A stretch of DNA of 64,000 nucleotides from Mobula hypostoma. Taxonomy: Eukaryota. Of the stretch, positions 48,738-61,985 are shown one piece after another (position 1 is the stretch's first letter; each line of letters begins with the position of its first letter). A model generated the notes under the pieces. The model was not told where the DNA came from and made no database searches. It saw only the letters and a program-made list of their open reading frames with translations. The stretch lies in assembly GCF_963921235.1 (NCBI RefSeq), contig NC_086097.1:22570001-22634000 (forward strand). Direction: 5' to 3'. The position numbers were made by a program, and so were the translations under genes.

Positions 48738-49409
48738 TTCATTCTCAGAGTTGTGGATGTGTTCTTCAAGATTCAGATTAGACTGACATTTAATTCTTTT
48801 TATAGATGTTAAGATTATCGTATTCTATTGACATTATTACAGGTGGCAGAATAGAAAATGAATGGGTTTATTAGATCCACATAAGTAATTGATTTGATTT
48901 AGATTTACTAATCACATGTACAGTGAAGCTTGTTGTTTGCATTAACAGCCAACACCATCTGAGGGTGTACTGGGGGCAGCCTGCAAGCGTTGCCACATAT
49001 TCTGGCTCCAACGTAGCACGCCCAGAAGGTTCGGCAGAACAACACGCAGCCAACGTGCAACAAGCAAAACAAACCTCACTCCCACCTCCCCACCCAAACT
49101 CACAAACAGGCCTCCAGCCTCAGAACAGGCCGCCTGCTGTCCTCTGACTTCCAAACTTGCTGACCTAATAGATTCTACAGTTGTATTTACACTGCACGTC
49201 CCTCATAAAATGAATTGACATTTCCATATTTGATGAGTTTGTTTGATCACGCAATTAACATCCCTCATTCTGGGTTGCTTCAAGTTGACCATTTGTGCAA
49301 TCTAGTATAAGTGTGTTCACAACCATTCCAAACTCTCCAAATTCATACAATTTAAGTAGCAATTGTACTTCTGATTTAATCACAAGTTTGAAGTAGAGAG
49401 CACGTCTTA

Positions 49410-50210
49410 GGGTGAGTGAGCTAGGGATGTTGTTTTTGGTGCGAAGGATGATGAAAGGTGACTTGATGAAGGTGTACAAAATGATAAGAGACATATATCG
49501 AGTAGACAGCCAGAGACCTTTCCGCAGAGTGGAAATGGCTAATACAAAGTGGTCATAATAAGAGGCATAGAGAGAGTGGACAGAATCCATGGTGAGATGA
49601 AGCAAGTGTACAAACCAGGACCAAGAAAATGGAAGTGAGTATGGGAACCAAGAGCCATGAGGTAATGATGCAGCTCTCTATATCTCTGGTTAGGCCACAC
49701 TTGGAATATTGTGTCCATTTTTGGTTGCCTCATTAGAGGAAGGATGTGGAAGCTCTGGAGAGGGTGCAGAGGAGATTTACCAAGCTGCTGCCTGGACTTG
49801 AGAGCATGTCCTATGAGGAAAGGTTGACTAAACCAGGAGCGGAGAAAGATGAGAGGTGACTCGACAGAGGTGTACAAGATGATAAGAGACATAGATTGAA
49901 TGGATAGCCAGAGACCTTTTCCCAGGGTAGAAATGGCTAACACAATGGGGCATAACTTTAAGTTGATTGGTGAAAATATAGGGAGAATGTTAGAGGTAAG
50001 GATTTATTTTACACAGAGAGTGATAGATGTGTGGAATGTGGTGATAGAGGCAGGTACATTAGGGACATTTAAGAAATTCTTAGATAGGCACATGGATGAT
50101 AGAAAAAACAAGTTACGTAGGAGGGAAGGATTGGATTGATCTTACAGTGGGTTAAAAGTTCAGCACAATATCATGGACCAAAGAGCCTGTTTGTGCTGCA
50201 ATGTTTTATG
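49410..50210 (+). mobile_element. Two adjacent CR1 3' fragments
   Basis: LVRPHLEYCVHFWLPH...LERVQRRFTKLLPGL; the VYKMIRDI segment occurs twice (about 49470 and 49870). Confidence 0.85.
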
Positions 50211-50454
50211 AAATCAGATAGTTGAGGTGGAACATTAATTGAAAGTCATAGATAAAGTGGTTTAATTGTCTATTTAATGGCTACATTATTTCATCTGATT
50301 AAAGACATTTCTTTAGTTTCATCCACTATCCACCCGCCACCTATCTGCTACTTCGGCTAACTTGCATTCTCTCTTACCCACAATGACATCATTGCTGTGG
50401 TCAACGGTTCCTCTGCCCTCATAGATGGTGCTTGACAACTGAGAACTTCCAGCA

Positions 50455-51160
50455 TGGACTATTCTCTAAATGGGGAACAAATTCAGAAATTGGAGTTGCA
50501 AAGGGATTTGAGAGTCTTAATGCAAGATTCGCAAAAGGTTGACGTGAGTCGATAGTAATGGAGGCAAATGCAGTATTGGCATACATTTCAACAGGACTAG
50601 AGTTTAAAAGTTAGGATGTAATGCTGAAGTTTTATAAGGCATCGATAAGACTGGATGTGGAATATTGTGAGCAGTTTAGAGCTCCTTAAATATAAAAGAA
50701 TATGCAGGCATTGGGGAGGGTCTAGAGGAGGTTCACTGGAATGATCCAGGGAATGAAAAGGTTAATGCACAAGGAGTGTTAGATGGCTCTCGGCCTGTAC
50801 TCACTGGAGTTTACAGGAATGGGAGGAGATAGGATGGACATGGTGAGGATGTTTCCGATAGTGGGTGAATCTAAGACCAAAGGGCACAGCCTCCGAATAC
50901 AAGGGCATCCCCTTTGAACAGAGATAAGGAGGAATTTCTCGAGCCAGAGGTTGGTAAATCTGTGGAATTCATTGCCACAGATGTCAAGGCTTTGGGTATA
51001 CTTAAAGTTGGGGTTGTAGATTCTAGATTAGTAAGGGCATCAAAGTTTATGAGGAGAAGGCGGGAGAATGGATTTGAGAGAGAATAAATCAGCCGTGATT
51101 GAATGTCGGAATAGACTCGATGGGCTGAATAGCTTAGTTCTGCTCCTATGTCTCATGGCA
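50455..51160 (+). mobile_element. CR1 3' fragment
   Basis: ttgcaaagggatttgagagtc...ggactagagtttaaaag...tctgctcctatgtctcatgg. Confidence 0.88.
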
Positions 51161-51589
51161 TGTTGTTTGTTGTTCAGGATTCCAGCATCTGTAATCTCAT
51201 GTGTTTCTTACCTTCTCTGCTTCTATTTTCTGAAGCAGGGTCTTTGACCCGTGACTTGAACTATTTCTCATTCTATTGATGCTGCCTGTCCTGCTGAATT
51301 CTCCCAGCATTTTCAGTTTTAATTACTGGGCAGTTTGTCAGTTTAAAATTTGTATGCCAGTATTATTTAGAATGTCAAACCCATATTCCTTAAATCATCT
51401 TATTGACCGGAGTAATATATCACAGTCCATCATTTCATTGCAGTAAAGAAGTCATAAACCATTTACAACATCCCAGAGAAGAATATTAATGATAACATAT
51501 TTCACTCTTCTTCTGAGATTTCAAATAGTTTTTTGGTGAAGTGTATGGTATGACTATATAAGGTGGTGATTGGGAATTAATTTTAATTT

Positions 51590-51820
51590 TTATTTATTTA
51601 GTGATACAGTGTGGAGTAGGCCCTTCCAGCCCTTCGAACCATGCTGTCCCAGCAACCCCACAACCCCGATTAACCCTAACCTAATGACGGGACAACTTAC
51701 AATGACCAATAAACATACCTAGAATGGAATGTGGGAGGAAGCCATATAGTCTCAGGGAGAACGTACAAACTCCTTACAGACAGTGAAGGTAATTGAACCC
51801 TGATCTTACAGCCGGTGCCG
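51590..51820 (-). mobile_element. V-SINE
   Basis: gaatgtgggaggaa...ggagaacgtacaaactccttacagacag. Confidence 0.75.
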
Positions 51821-52448
51821 TAAGGTTAGCATTCATCTCAGGAGGACTCGAATATAGAAGCAAGGATGCAACATTCAGACTTTATAAAGCACCGGTGAGG
51901 CCTCACTTGGAGTATTGTGAGCACTTTTGGGCCCTTTATCTTAGAAAAGATATGCTGAAACTGGAGAGGGTTCAAAGGAAGTTCTTGAAAATGATTCCAG
52001 GATTGAATAGCTTGTCGTATGAAGAGTGTTTGATGGCTTTGGGTCTCTATTCACGAGAATTCAGAAGAATGAGAGGTGATTTCATTGAAACCTATCAAAT
52101 GTTGAAAAGACTTTGATAGAGTAGACGTGGAGAAGGTGTTTCCTCTGATAGGAGAGGACCAGAGGACACAGGCTCGGAATAGAGGGGCATCCTTTTAGAT
52201 TAGAGATGAGGAGCAATTTCTTTTGCCAGAGAGTGGTGAATCTGTGGAATTCTTTGCCACTGGCAGCTGTGGAGGCCAAGTCTTTATGTATATTTGAGGC
52301 AGAGGTTGATAGATTCTTGACTGGTCAGGTCATAAAGGGATATGTGGCTGAAATTGGGGCTGAGACAAAAATTGGATGAAATGGTGAAGCAGACTTGATG
52401 AGCCAAATGGCCTAATTCAGCTCCTATATCGTAAGGTCTTTTGGTCTA
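51820..52448 (+). mobile_element. CR1 3' fragment
   Basis: ORF 51793-52116 (VRPHLEYCEHFW...LERVQRKF...EFRRMRGDFIETYQML). Confidence 0.9.
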
Positions 52449-52559
52449 AGATGCTGGAGGAATTCAGCAGGTCAGGCAGCATCTATGGAGAGGAAGAAAT
52501 AAAGAGGACGTTTTGGACTGAGTCCTGCCGAGTTACTCCAGCATCTTGTGTGTGATACC

Positions 52560-52850
52560 CATTGGATGGCGCGGTAGCTTAGTGGTTAACACAATGCTTT
52601 ACGGTTCCAGTGACCCACGTTCAATTCCCACCTCTGTCTGTAAGGAGTTTGTAAATTCTCTCCGTGAAATGCATGGGTTTCCTTTGGGTGCTCCAGTTTC
52701 CTCCCACGTTCCAAAGACTTACCGGTTGGTAGGTGAATTAGTCATTATAAATTGTCCCGTGACTAGGCTATGACTAAATTGGGAATTGCTGGATGGTGTG
52801 GCTGGAAGGGCCTATTCCAGGATGTTTTACTTTATTAATTAAATAAATTA
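52560..52850 (+). mobile_element. V-SINE
   Basis: Head ggcgcggtagcttagtggtta...gttcaattcc; V core gggtttcctttgggtgctccagtttcctcccacgttccaaagac. Confidence 0.85.
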
Positions 52851-53380
52851 TTTTAAAATACAAAATACTGATGAGCTTGTAACTTCCTGTCCTTCCATAC
52901 TCTGATATTTTGCTGAATCTCCTACCGTACACAGTACTTCAAAGGTACCACTGTGGTTAAAAGACCCTTGAGACATCCTGAGGAGAATCAAGAATTGCCG
53001 TAGAATGCAATTTTAAAAGCTATTTTGTTTTGCTACATGCTTTCTCTTTAGAAGCAGTCGAAACAGATAATTAGAAATGTTTATAATGGCTACAAGAGTA
53101 TTTATGTCTTTTTTATGTGAACTGAAGCTTTTTAAAGATAGCTATTTTATAAACTCCACTTCCATTTATGAGATCATCATGAACAAATTATCCCAGAACT
53201 TCAGGTTTCTGGGGAAATAGCTGGATGAGCTTTGTAGGTTTTGGTTTTTGTTGTATCTCCTGTTTCTGCTATATTTTTCACATCTTTAACTGTGTTCAGT
53301 TCCCCACGGTTGTTGAAAAAGTAGAAAGTGCAACTTGGCCCTGCATAAGAATCTTCCATTGGGCAATGCAGTGTGTTGTA

Positions 53381-53960
53381 CACTTAGTGGCTACTTTATT
53401 TAGTACCTCCTGTACGTTATAAAATGGCCACTGAGTGTAAGTTCATGGCCATCTGGAGCTGTAGTCCATCCACTTCAAGGTTTGATGTGTTGCGCATTCA
53501 GAGATGCTCTTCTGCACACCACTGTTGTAACACATGGCTATATGAGTTACTGTCACCTTCCTGTCAGCTTGAACCAGTCTGGCCATCCTCCTCTGACCTC
53601 TCTCAGTCGCAAGGCGTTTTTGCCCACAGCACTGCCTCTCACTGTATGTTTTTTTTTGTTTTTCACACCAGTTCTTGTAAACTCCAGAGACTGTTATATG
53701 TGAAAATCACGGGAAATCAGCAGTTTTTGAGATCCTAAATCACCCATCTGGCACCAGCAATAATTTCAAGGTCAAAGTCACCGAGATTACACTTCTTCCC
53801 TGTCCAGATGTTTGGTCTGAACAACAACTGAACCTCTTGACCACGTCATCCATAAAATCCATGTTTTTATGCATGGATTTGCTGCCACGTGATTGGCTGA
53901 TTAGATATTTGCATTAGAAAGCAGGTGCACAGATGTACCTAATAAAATAGCCACTGAGCG
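53381..53960 (-). mobile_element. Non-autonomous Tc1/mariner deletion derivative
   Basis: TA on both sides, TIRs cacttagtggctactttatt / aataaaatagccactgagcg. Confidence 0.9.
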
Positions 53961-53974
53961 TAGTTTATGCATCG

Positions 53975-54260
53975 ATTATTTATTGAATGGTACAGTGTGA
54001 AACAGTCCCATCTAGCCCTTCGTCCATGCTGCGGGCAGCCCACCTATTTAACCCTATCCTGATCACAGGACAATTTACGATGACCAATTGACCCACTAAC
54101 CAGTACATCTTCAGACTGTGGGCAGATAACGGAGCACCTGGAAATCCATGTGGTCAAGGGGAAAACATACAAACTCTTTACAGACGGTGCTGGAATTGAA
54201 CTATGATCTCTGACACCCTGGGCTGTTTTAGCATCGTACCATGCTACACACTATGCCGTG
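53975..54260 (-). mobile_element. V-SINE
   Basis: cagactgtgggcagataacggagcacctggaaatcc; body as 46260-46545. Confidence 0.75.
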
Positions 54261-54869
54261 GACCCCAAGGAGCTCCAGACTCCTGTACTCCTGCAGCCTG
54301 ACCTGCAATTTTTTTTTTCCTGAATGTATGAATACTGAGACAAATGAGTTCAATTTACTGGAGTGTCTAAAATCTTATTACAGCAGGAGACCTTTTTCAA
54401 AGTGAAACACACTCCTGGTGAAAAATGCAACATTAATCTTCTATTGTTTCGCCTCCTGAAACCTTGCACATCATTGGACACTGATATGTGGAGTCGTGAG
54501 GCATTAATCTGTGTTTGTGAATTAAATAAACATTCTGTTTGAAAAAAATAAATCAGTCAATGGCTTGGAGCTCATTTCTGAAGCCTTTACAGCCAATTTC
54601 AGATTAGCCAGGTAGACAAGAATGCAAAATGTATTTTTAAATAGAATCTTTGCTCTAGTTTCCGAAGAGATGTAGAGTTTGTCGCAATCTCACTGGGTGA
54701 TTTAGTGTCCTTACTGAATTTAATTTTGTTCTTTCATTTTTATCAATACTGTGTTTGGTTTTCTGACCTGTACTTTCCGAGCTTAGGAGATGGACCCTGC
54801 AACTATAATCAATATTAAATCAACAGTAAAGTATAAACAACAGAATATAAGGACGTTAGTTTTTTTTTG

Positions 54870-55140
54870 CCATATATACAATGAAATGCATTGTTTGTAT
54901 CAATGACCAACATAGTCTGTGGATGTCTTGAGGGCAGCCCACAAGTGCCAAAGTGCTTCCGGCACCAGCAGAGCATACCCACCACTTACTAATCCTCACC
55001 CTTTGTAATGTAGGGGGAGACTGGGATGTCCGAAGGAAATCCAGGTGGTCTTACGGAGAACGCACCAGCTCCTTACAGACAGTAGCAGAAATTGAACCAT
55101 AATCGCTGGTGCTGTAACTGTTATATTATGCTGCCACCTA
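54870..55140 (-). mobile_element. V-SINE, alternative-tail subfamily
   Basis: tgaaatgcattgtttg...gggcagcccacaagtg...ccttacagacag. Confidence 0.7.
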
Positions 55141-55194
55141 AAACAGCCATAATCTGTTATATGAATGTATGGATGTATGGAGCAGAGGAAGAGT

Positions 55195-55445
55195 TGTGGA
55201 GTATAAACAGAGAAGGCTTTGAACATAAACTGTTCTACATAGTCAACAAAGACATAGCTTGGCCCATGTGAGGGCCCATGGCTACCCCTTGAGCTTGGAG
55301 GAGCCGAAGGAAAAATTGTTCAGGGTGAGGACCAGTTCTTCCAGAAGGAGGAGAGTGGTGGTGGTGGTGGAGGGGGATTGATTGGTTCTTCTGTCAAGAA
55401 AGAAACAGAGAGCCTTGAAGTCTTCCTGATGCAGATAGAAGTGAT
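55195..55445 (-). pseudogene. Penelope-like reverse transcriptase remnant
   Basis: HQEDFKALCFFLDRR...LLLLEELVLTLNNFSFGSS, then after a frameshift GVAMG-PHMGPSY...VDYVEQ, typical PLE RT motifs. Confidence 0.85.
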
Positions 55446-55766
55446 GGCAAACCTGGTTGTGATATGAGTCTCTGTTGTGAACTGAGAGTGGGAAGGGGGT
55501 AGGGAAAGGGGAATCATAGTTGAGAAAAAGGGAAGGGAGAGGGGAGGGAGTGGGAACCATTAGAGAAACATTCTGTCTGGAATCAAATGACCTTGCCTGG
55601 TGGCTCAGGGCTGGGTGTGTCTGCACCAAATCCACCTTCCGTTCCTGGAACTCCTTCTTTCCCACCTGTCCCACACCCCTCCCGTGGTGCTCCATCCTCA
55701 CCATTCCCAACAACCTTTGCTCTGGCTAGATTTACAAACTCGCTCTCCATTCCACGTTGACAAAAA

Positions 55767-55841
55767 CAGTATTGTCCAAAAGTCTTAGGCATCCTAGTAC
55801 ATACATACAGCAAGGACGCCTAAGACTTTTGCACTGTACTA
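55767..55841. mobile_element. Tc1-type mini MITE, same family as 42217-42283
   Basis: cagtattgtccaaaagtcttaggc...gcctaagacttttgcactgtact. Confidence 0.8.
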
Positions 55842-56293
55842 TAGATATATATCTATAGCTAGATCAATAGACATAGAGATAGGTAGATATGTATGTATAC
55901 TTTTATCATGGTCGAGTACAGTCCAGTTCTCCAAGTTGTCAGACTATAGCAAGAATACATATTATTGGAGATAATGATGACAAAGGCAGTGAAGTAATTT
56001 AAAACATTTGAGCATTGATAAATTGACTTGTTTGAGATTAACGTACTCCAGAGAATAGAAGATTCTGATACGGAGATTCTTGCGGAAATCGAAAACCTTC
56101 ATAATCTGAGATTATAAAATCTAGAAAAAGGAAGCATAATTTTGATCTGATCTGGGCCAGAGCAAATTTTGAATTTTTTAACATTCCAAGGGTATAGGAA
56201 ATCAGTAGAATACATTACCCTGGAAAGCATTTGGTGCAGAGAATTATTAAAAATTTGTTGCATATGCCACGGACTTGTACTTATATTCTATCA

Positions 56294-56654
56294 CAGGGGT
56301 CCCCAACCTTTTTTGCATTGTGGACTGGTTTATTATAGACAATATTCTCGCGGACCGGCCGACCTTGGCGGGGTGGGTGGGTTTGCCAACGGACAAGAGT
56401 AGGAGTCAAATACGTTGTGTTTACCCTGAGAAAGACTACAATAACCATGAAGCCTTGCGCGGGCACCTGCGTGACTTGCGCGTGGGTGTACGTGCCAATT
56501 TTTTTCTACAAATCGTTTTTCGCAGTGCGCGTGACAGGGAATGAAGAAAGGTGCAGCTGACTGCTATCGCCAAATCATATCGTTTCCTCGTGGCCCGGTA
56601 GCATATTTCTTGCTGCCTGGCACCGGTCCTCAGCCCAGTGGTTGGGGACCGCTG
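56294..56654. mobile_element. Non-autonomous hAT (Charlie-like) DNA transposon
   Basis: TIRs caggggtccccaacc / ggttggggaccgctg, perfect 8-bp TSD ttctatca, CpG-rich. Confidence 0.92.
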
Positions 56655-57139
56655 TTCTATCAGTTTCAGTGTCCGTGGTCCACTACAAACTGCAATTCTT
56701 TATAATCCCCTTTATGCCTAACTGACTAACTGCATGATCTGGGATATGATAATGTGGATTATCTTGTATAAAATATACTGGACACAGTGATTTCATGTGT
56801 ACTGTGTGTTACTCATACTTAATGGAAATTAATATCAAAATTAGCAGAGATAATGTTGATTATAAATCAACAACTTATTCACTTTATTTGAAATATTGAA
56901 CTCAACAGAATATACTTGGCATCCAACTATCGTCTATTTCCTATTCCCACTTCGGAACTGTGATGCTGAATTTGCAAGAGTATTGGCAGGACCGCATCTG
57001 ACAGCTACTTGGGGATTTTCACTCAAGCTGTTAGTGGTTTGGCGAGGCTAACTTCTTCACAGGAACTCGTGTGAATTTTAAAAACTTGTCCTAGACTCCT
57101 AGATTTATAGAGTGATACTCACAGAAACAGGCCCCACAA

Positions 57140-57432
57140 TGCGGCGGCATGGTAGTGCAATGGTTAGCACAATGCTTTACAGTACCAGCAACCTGGGCTG
57201 AATTCCCGCCATTTCCTGTAAGGAGCTGGTATGTTCTCTCTGTGACTGGGTGTGTTTCCTCTGGGTGCTCTGGTTTCCTCCCACAGCCTAAAGACGTACC
57301 AGTTGGTAGGTTAACTCATCACTGTAAATTGTCTCATGATTAGGCTAGGATCAAATCAGGGATTGCTGAATGGCATGGCTTGAAGGGCTGGAAGGGTCTA
57401 TTCTGCACTGTATCACAATAAATAAAAAAAAA
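57140..57432 (+). mobile_element. V-SINE inserted in a minus-strand CR1 3' end (about 57100-57780)
   Basis: Head gcggcggcatggtagtgcaatggttagc, V core, A-rich tail. Confidence 0.85.
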
Positions 57433-58862
57433 TTAAAACTCATCCATGTCAACTAAGGGTTCTGTCTATACTAATCCCATTTGGCAAGTAGCTAAACGTT
57501 TCCTATCCATGTACCTGTGTAATTCGTAATTGTACCTGTCTCTACCACCTCCTCTGGCAGCTTGCTCCATATACCCACCATCCTCTATGTAAAGTTTCTC
57601 CCTCAGACCTCCTTTAAGTCATTCCTCTATCACCTTAAAACTATGACCTTCAGTTATATAATGCTCCACTCTTGGAAAAGTACTGATACTGTCTACCTCA
57701 GCAATGCCCAGCCTCCTCTCTCCAGGGAAAAATGTCCCACCCTCTCCAAGCTCTCCAAATCTAAGTACCCACGGTCCTCGGGTTACATAAATGTTCCATT
57801 CCTGAGAAGCATTCGCTGACTGATTTCTCTGTATCCCAAATATGTCTGTTTTCCACAGCTACCCATATTGTATTGCTTTGCAACTACTTTGTATAATCAT
57901 TTCTTTTCATCAAATACTCCCCATAACATTTTACTAGGATTGTTGGAAACCATTGTCTTTTTAAAATAATACTTTTGAAAGATTTGTACATTTTAACAAA
58001 CTCATATATTTTTCACACTCATTGGCAGAAAGCAGTATAGCAGCTAAACTAACGGTTTATGACCTATCTAATTTTTTATTGGCTAAATATTAGCTCATTA
58101 CCCACGTGATGTAATTGTTTTAGCCTATTAAGTGACACATCACTATCTAAGAAATTTTCTTCATCGTATCATGAAAGTGGTAGATTTTTCAGAAGCACCA
58201 TCTTTTATTCATTAATCCATTCTTAGCATTAATTCCTCTCAACATAATTCCTCAGCTCTTTATTTAGTTTGCTCAGTAATTCTGTGTTTGTACTCAAAAA
58301 TAAACTGAAATCTTGGATTTAAGACGGCTTGCTTTTTTGACTCCCGGAAGAACCCTGAGGATCAGAAATTAAACAGAGATCCAACAAGATCTTGAAAAAA
58401 ATGTTTCATAAAACTTCTGGGAGAATTTGCATAAAGTTAGATTTGCGCAGGTCACGTCATCTGTAAACAGGGCGTTGTGGCCTTTACTGTCTTTAGAATT
58501 TTATTTCTAATTTGATTGCATAAAAGATTGGTAAAACTTAGTCAATCTGTTAAATTAAAACATTCATATAGTCTCAGAAATGCCAAGAAAAGGTCTGTCA
58601 GTGAATGAAGTTAAATTCCTGAGGGTAATCAATATCCTTCCCAACCGTAACATGGTTGTCGTGGAAACCATTGGAGCCGGTGGACGATATTGCATTTAAA
58701 TGCAGTGCCGTTTTGCAAACTTGTCTCCAGGAAATAGGAGCCAGAGTTGAAGAGAGTTATTTGGACAACTATTTGCAGTAAAAAAAAATTGAAAGATTCT
58801 GGAATCAATTAATCTTCCTCACTCTCACGTGCTCACTCTTCCTTGTCACCCTCTCTCACAAA

Positions 58863-59395
58863 TACTCAGTGGCCACTTTATTAGGAACAGGAGGGGAATT
58901 CAGTTGGTTTTTGATGCTGGTAGCCCATCTACTTCAAGATTCGACATGTTGAGCACTCAGAGATGCTGTTCTCCACACCATGTTGTGACGCGTGGTTATT
59001 TGAGCTACTGTCACCTTCCTGTTAACTTGCACCAGTCTGGACATTCTCCTCTGAACACTCTCGTTAACAAGGCCCACAAAACTGTCGCTCACTGCATGCT
59101 TTTTGTTTTTCACACCAGTCTTTGTAAACTCTCTGTAGTGTTGTGTGTGAAAATCCCAGGAAATCACCAGTTTCAGAGATCCTCAAAACACCCCTTCTGA
59201 CACCAACAATAATTTCATGGTCAAAGTTACTTAGATCACATTTCTTCCCCATTCTGATGTTAGGTCTGGACAACAACCGAATCACTTGTCTATGCATGCT
59301 TTTATACATTGAGTTGCTGCCACATGATTGGTTGATTAGATATTTGCATTAATGAGCAGATGTACAGGTGTCCCTAATAAAGTTGCCACTGAGTG
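58863..59395 (-). mobile_element. Non-autonomous Tc1/mariner deletion derivative
   Basis: MGKKCDLSNFDHEIIVG...QRVYKDWCEKQK and QRRMSRLVQVNRKVTVAQIT; TIRs, TA at the right end. Confidence 0.9.
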
Positions 59396-59414
59396 TACAC
59401 TTTGATGTGATATC

Positions 59415-61125
59415 AAGTTCAAGTTCAGTTTATTCTCATTCATCCACACACATGTAAACTGCCAAATGAAACAACGCATACCAAGGTGCACAACACAGTA
59501 TATACAAGACATGTAACACATAAAGTAATATTACCACTAATAAATTAACAAATAACAAGACATGCTTACTACACAAGTTAAAAGGTAAACAGTGTAACAT
59601 TGCTTGCGCTTCATGTATGATGAGACCTAAGTGGTGGCAGGCAGTTCGGTAGTTTTACGGTCTGGGAGAAAGAACTGTTTCCCCATCCTAACTATTCCTT
59701 TCCTTATGCTACGTTACCTCCAGCCTGATTGAATTGAATTGACTTGGCGGGGGGGGGGGGGGGTCAAAGAGATTTTTGGAAGGATGGGAGAGTTCATCGA
59801 AACACTAAGGGCCCTATATACGCAGTTCTCCTGGTAAATATCTCTGACGGGTGGAAGAGAGAACCTAATGATCCTTTCAGCAGTCCTCACGTTCCTTTGC
59901 AGGGACTTGGGGTCAGGTGCCTTGCAATTCCTGTTCTAGAGAGTAATGCAGCTGGCTAGGGTACTTTCAATGGTACTTCAGTAAAATCTGGTTAGAATGG
60001 AACCTCACTCACCTCATTCTTCTCAGGAAATGGAGATGCTTGGCTTCTTTCTTGACTAAGGAGATGGTGTCGAGGGACCAGGTGAGATCATCCGTTACGT
60101 GTGTTCCCAGAAACTTGGTGCTCCTAACTCTCTCCATGGAGGAGCCGTGTATGTGCAGTGTGGAGTGGTCAGGCTGCACTTTTCTAAGGTCCACAATCAT
60201 CTCTTTGGTCTTGTCCACATTGAGACTCAATCTGTTGTGCTCACACCATTCTCCCAGTCACTCTGCCTCCTCCCTGTATGCTGTCTCACGGTCGTCGTTG
60301 ATGAGGCCAACCAGTGCTGAGCCATCAGCGAACTTGATCATTCAGTTTGAACTGAATCTAGCAGTACAGTCATGCATCAGCAGCTCTGGGGAGCACCAGT
60401 GCTCAGCATGATGGAGCTAGAGATGTTTCTGCCAACACAGACTGACTGTGGACTTTCTGTGTAGAAGTCTAGGATCCAGTTACTGAGAGGGCTGATGGGA
60501 CCCAACAAGGACAATTTACCCTCCAATCTGTGAGAGTTGATTGTAGTAAACACCAAGCTGAAGTTGATAAACAGCATCCTAGCATATGAGACACCGTTTT
60601 CCAGTTGGGATGGTAAGGAGTGGAGTGTAGAAGCTATGGCATCATCAGTGGACAAATTTGAGTGATAAGCGAACTGGAAGGGTTCCAATGTAGCAGGAAG
60701 ATGGGATTTAATGTGATCCATAACCAGCACTCAAAGCTCTTCATTATTGTTGAGGTCAGTGGCACTGGATAGTAGGCGTTGAGGCAGACTACCGGCACTC
60801 TCTTGGGCACTGGGATGATGATGGCTGCCTTGAGCCTGGGAGGACAGTGGTCTGTTCCAGAGCGATGTTGAAGATATCTGTTAGAACCTCATTTAATCGG
60901 GCTGCACAATCCCTCAGCACCTAACTAGGTATGCTATCAGGCCCCCATAGCTTGATGGCAAGGGTCTTCCTCACATCAGCAGCAGCTAGACAGAGTGGCT
61001 GCTCCTCAGGAAGAAGGGGAGTGGACCTTCCTCGCCAGCCATCGTCCTGTGTATCAAACTCACCACAAATGACATTCAGCTTATCAGGAAGAGTAACGTC
61101 ATTGCCGTTGATGTGCAGGGTTGAC
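59415..61125 (-). mobile_element. Rex1/Babar retrotransposon, decayed RT
   Basis: PFQFAYH...STDDAI, STGAPQ, LNVDKTKEMIVDLRK, KFLGTHVTDDLTWS; aagttcaagttc tail. Confidence 0.9.
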
Positions 61126-61127
61126 TT

Positions 61128-61440
61128 GCACAAAGACGAGAAAATCTGTGGATGCTGGAAATCTGAGCAACACACACAAAATGCTGGAGGAACTCAGCAG
61201 CCCAGGCAGCATCTATGGAAACGAACATGCAGTTGGCTTTTTGAGGGGTGAGGGAGACCCTTCAACAGGAATGGAAAAAAAAAGATGAGGTTACAGCAGG
61301 AAGCTGGGGAGAGGAGGAAGAAGTACAAGGTGGTAGGTGATAGGTAAAACTGGGAAAGAAGGAGAGGTGAAGTAAAGAGCTGGGAAGTTGATAGGTGAAA
61401 GAGATGAAGGGCTGCAGGAGGGTAATCTGATAGGAAGCAA
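61128..61440 (-). mobile_element. Penelope-derived element
   Basis: gatgctggaaatctgagcaacacacacaaaatgctggaggaactcagcag plus purine-rich arm. Confidence 0.85.
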
Positions 61441-61679
61441 TGAAATAATCAGAGGATATTCTTTTCATTTATGTATGTTCCATCTTCACATTCACCCCCA
61501 TCTTTTATGAGAAGACACCTGTCAAAATGAGGAGTTGAACTTTTGAAATATCGTCTTTTAGGACATGATTAGCAGTTTGCAGGTAGAGTGAAAAAAAAAC
61601 AGAGCAGGTTTCACATATAAAGTGCTGGAGGAGCTCAGCAGGTTAGGTAGCATCTATGGAAGAAAATGAACGGCCATGA

Positions 61680-61985
61680 TAAACAAGCAATGTGTAAAAT
61701 ATGACAAATTGTGCAAATAATAAATAAATAATGCTGAGGACAAGAGCTGAGTGCTTGAAAATATGTCTGTAGATAGTAGAGTCAGTTCAGATTTGAGGTA
61801 AGTGAAATTATCCAGGTCGGTTCAGGAGCCTGATGATTTTAGGGTAATAACTGTTACTGAACCTGCTGGTGTGGGACCTAAGGCGCCTAGACCTCCTGCT
61901 TAATTGTAGCAGTGATAAAAGAGCATGATCTGGATGGTGGGGGTCCTTGATGATGGATGCTGCACCCTTGTGGTGGTATTCCTTG
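61680..61985 (-). mobile_element. Rex1/Babar 3' end
   Basis: AASIIKDPHHPDHALLSLL...SHTSRFSNSYYP. Confidence 0.82.
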
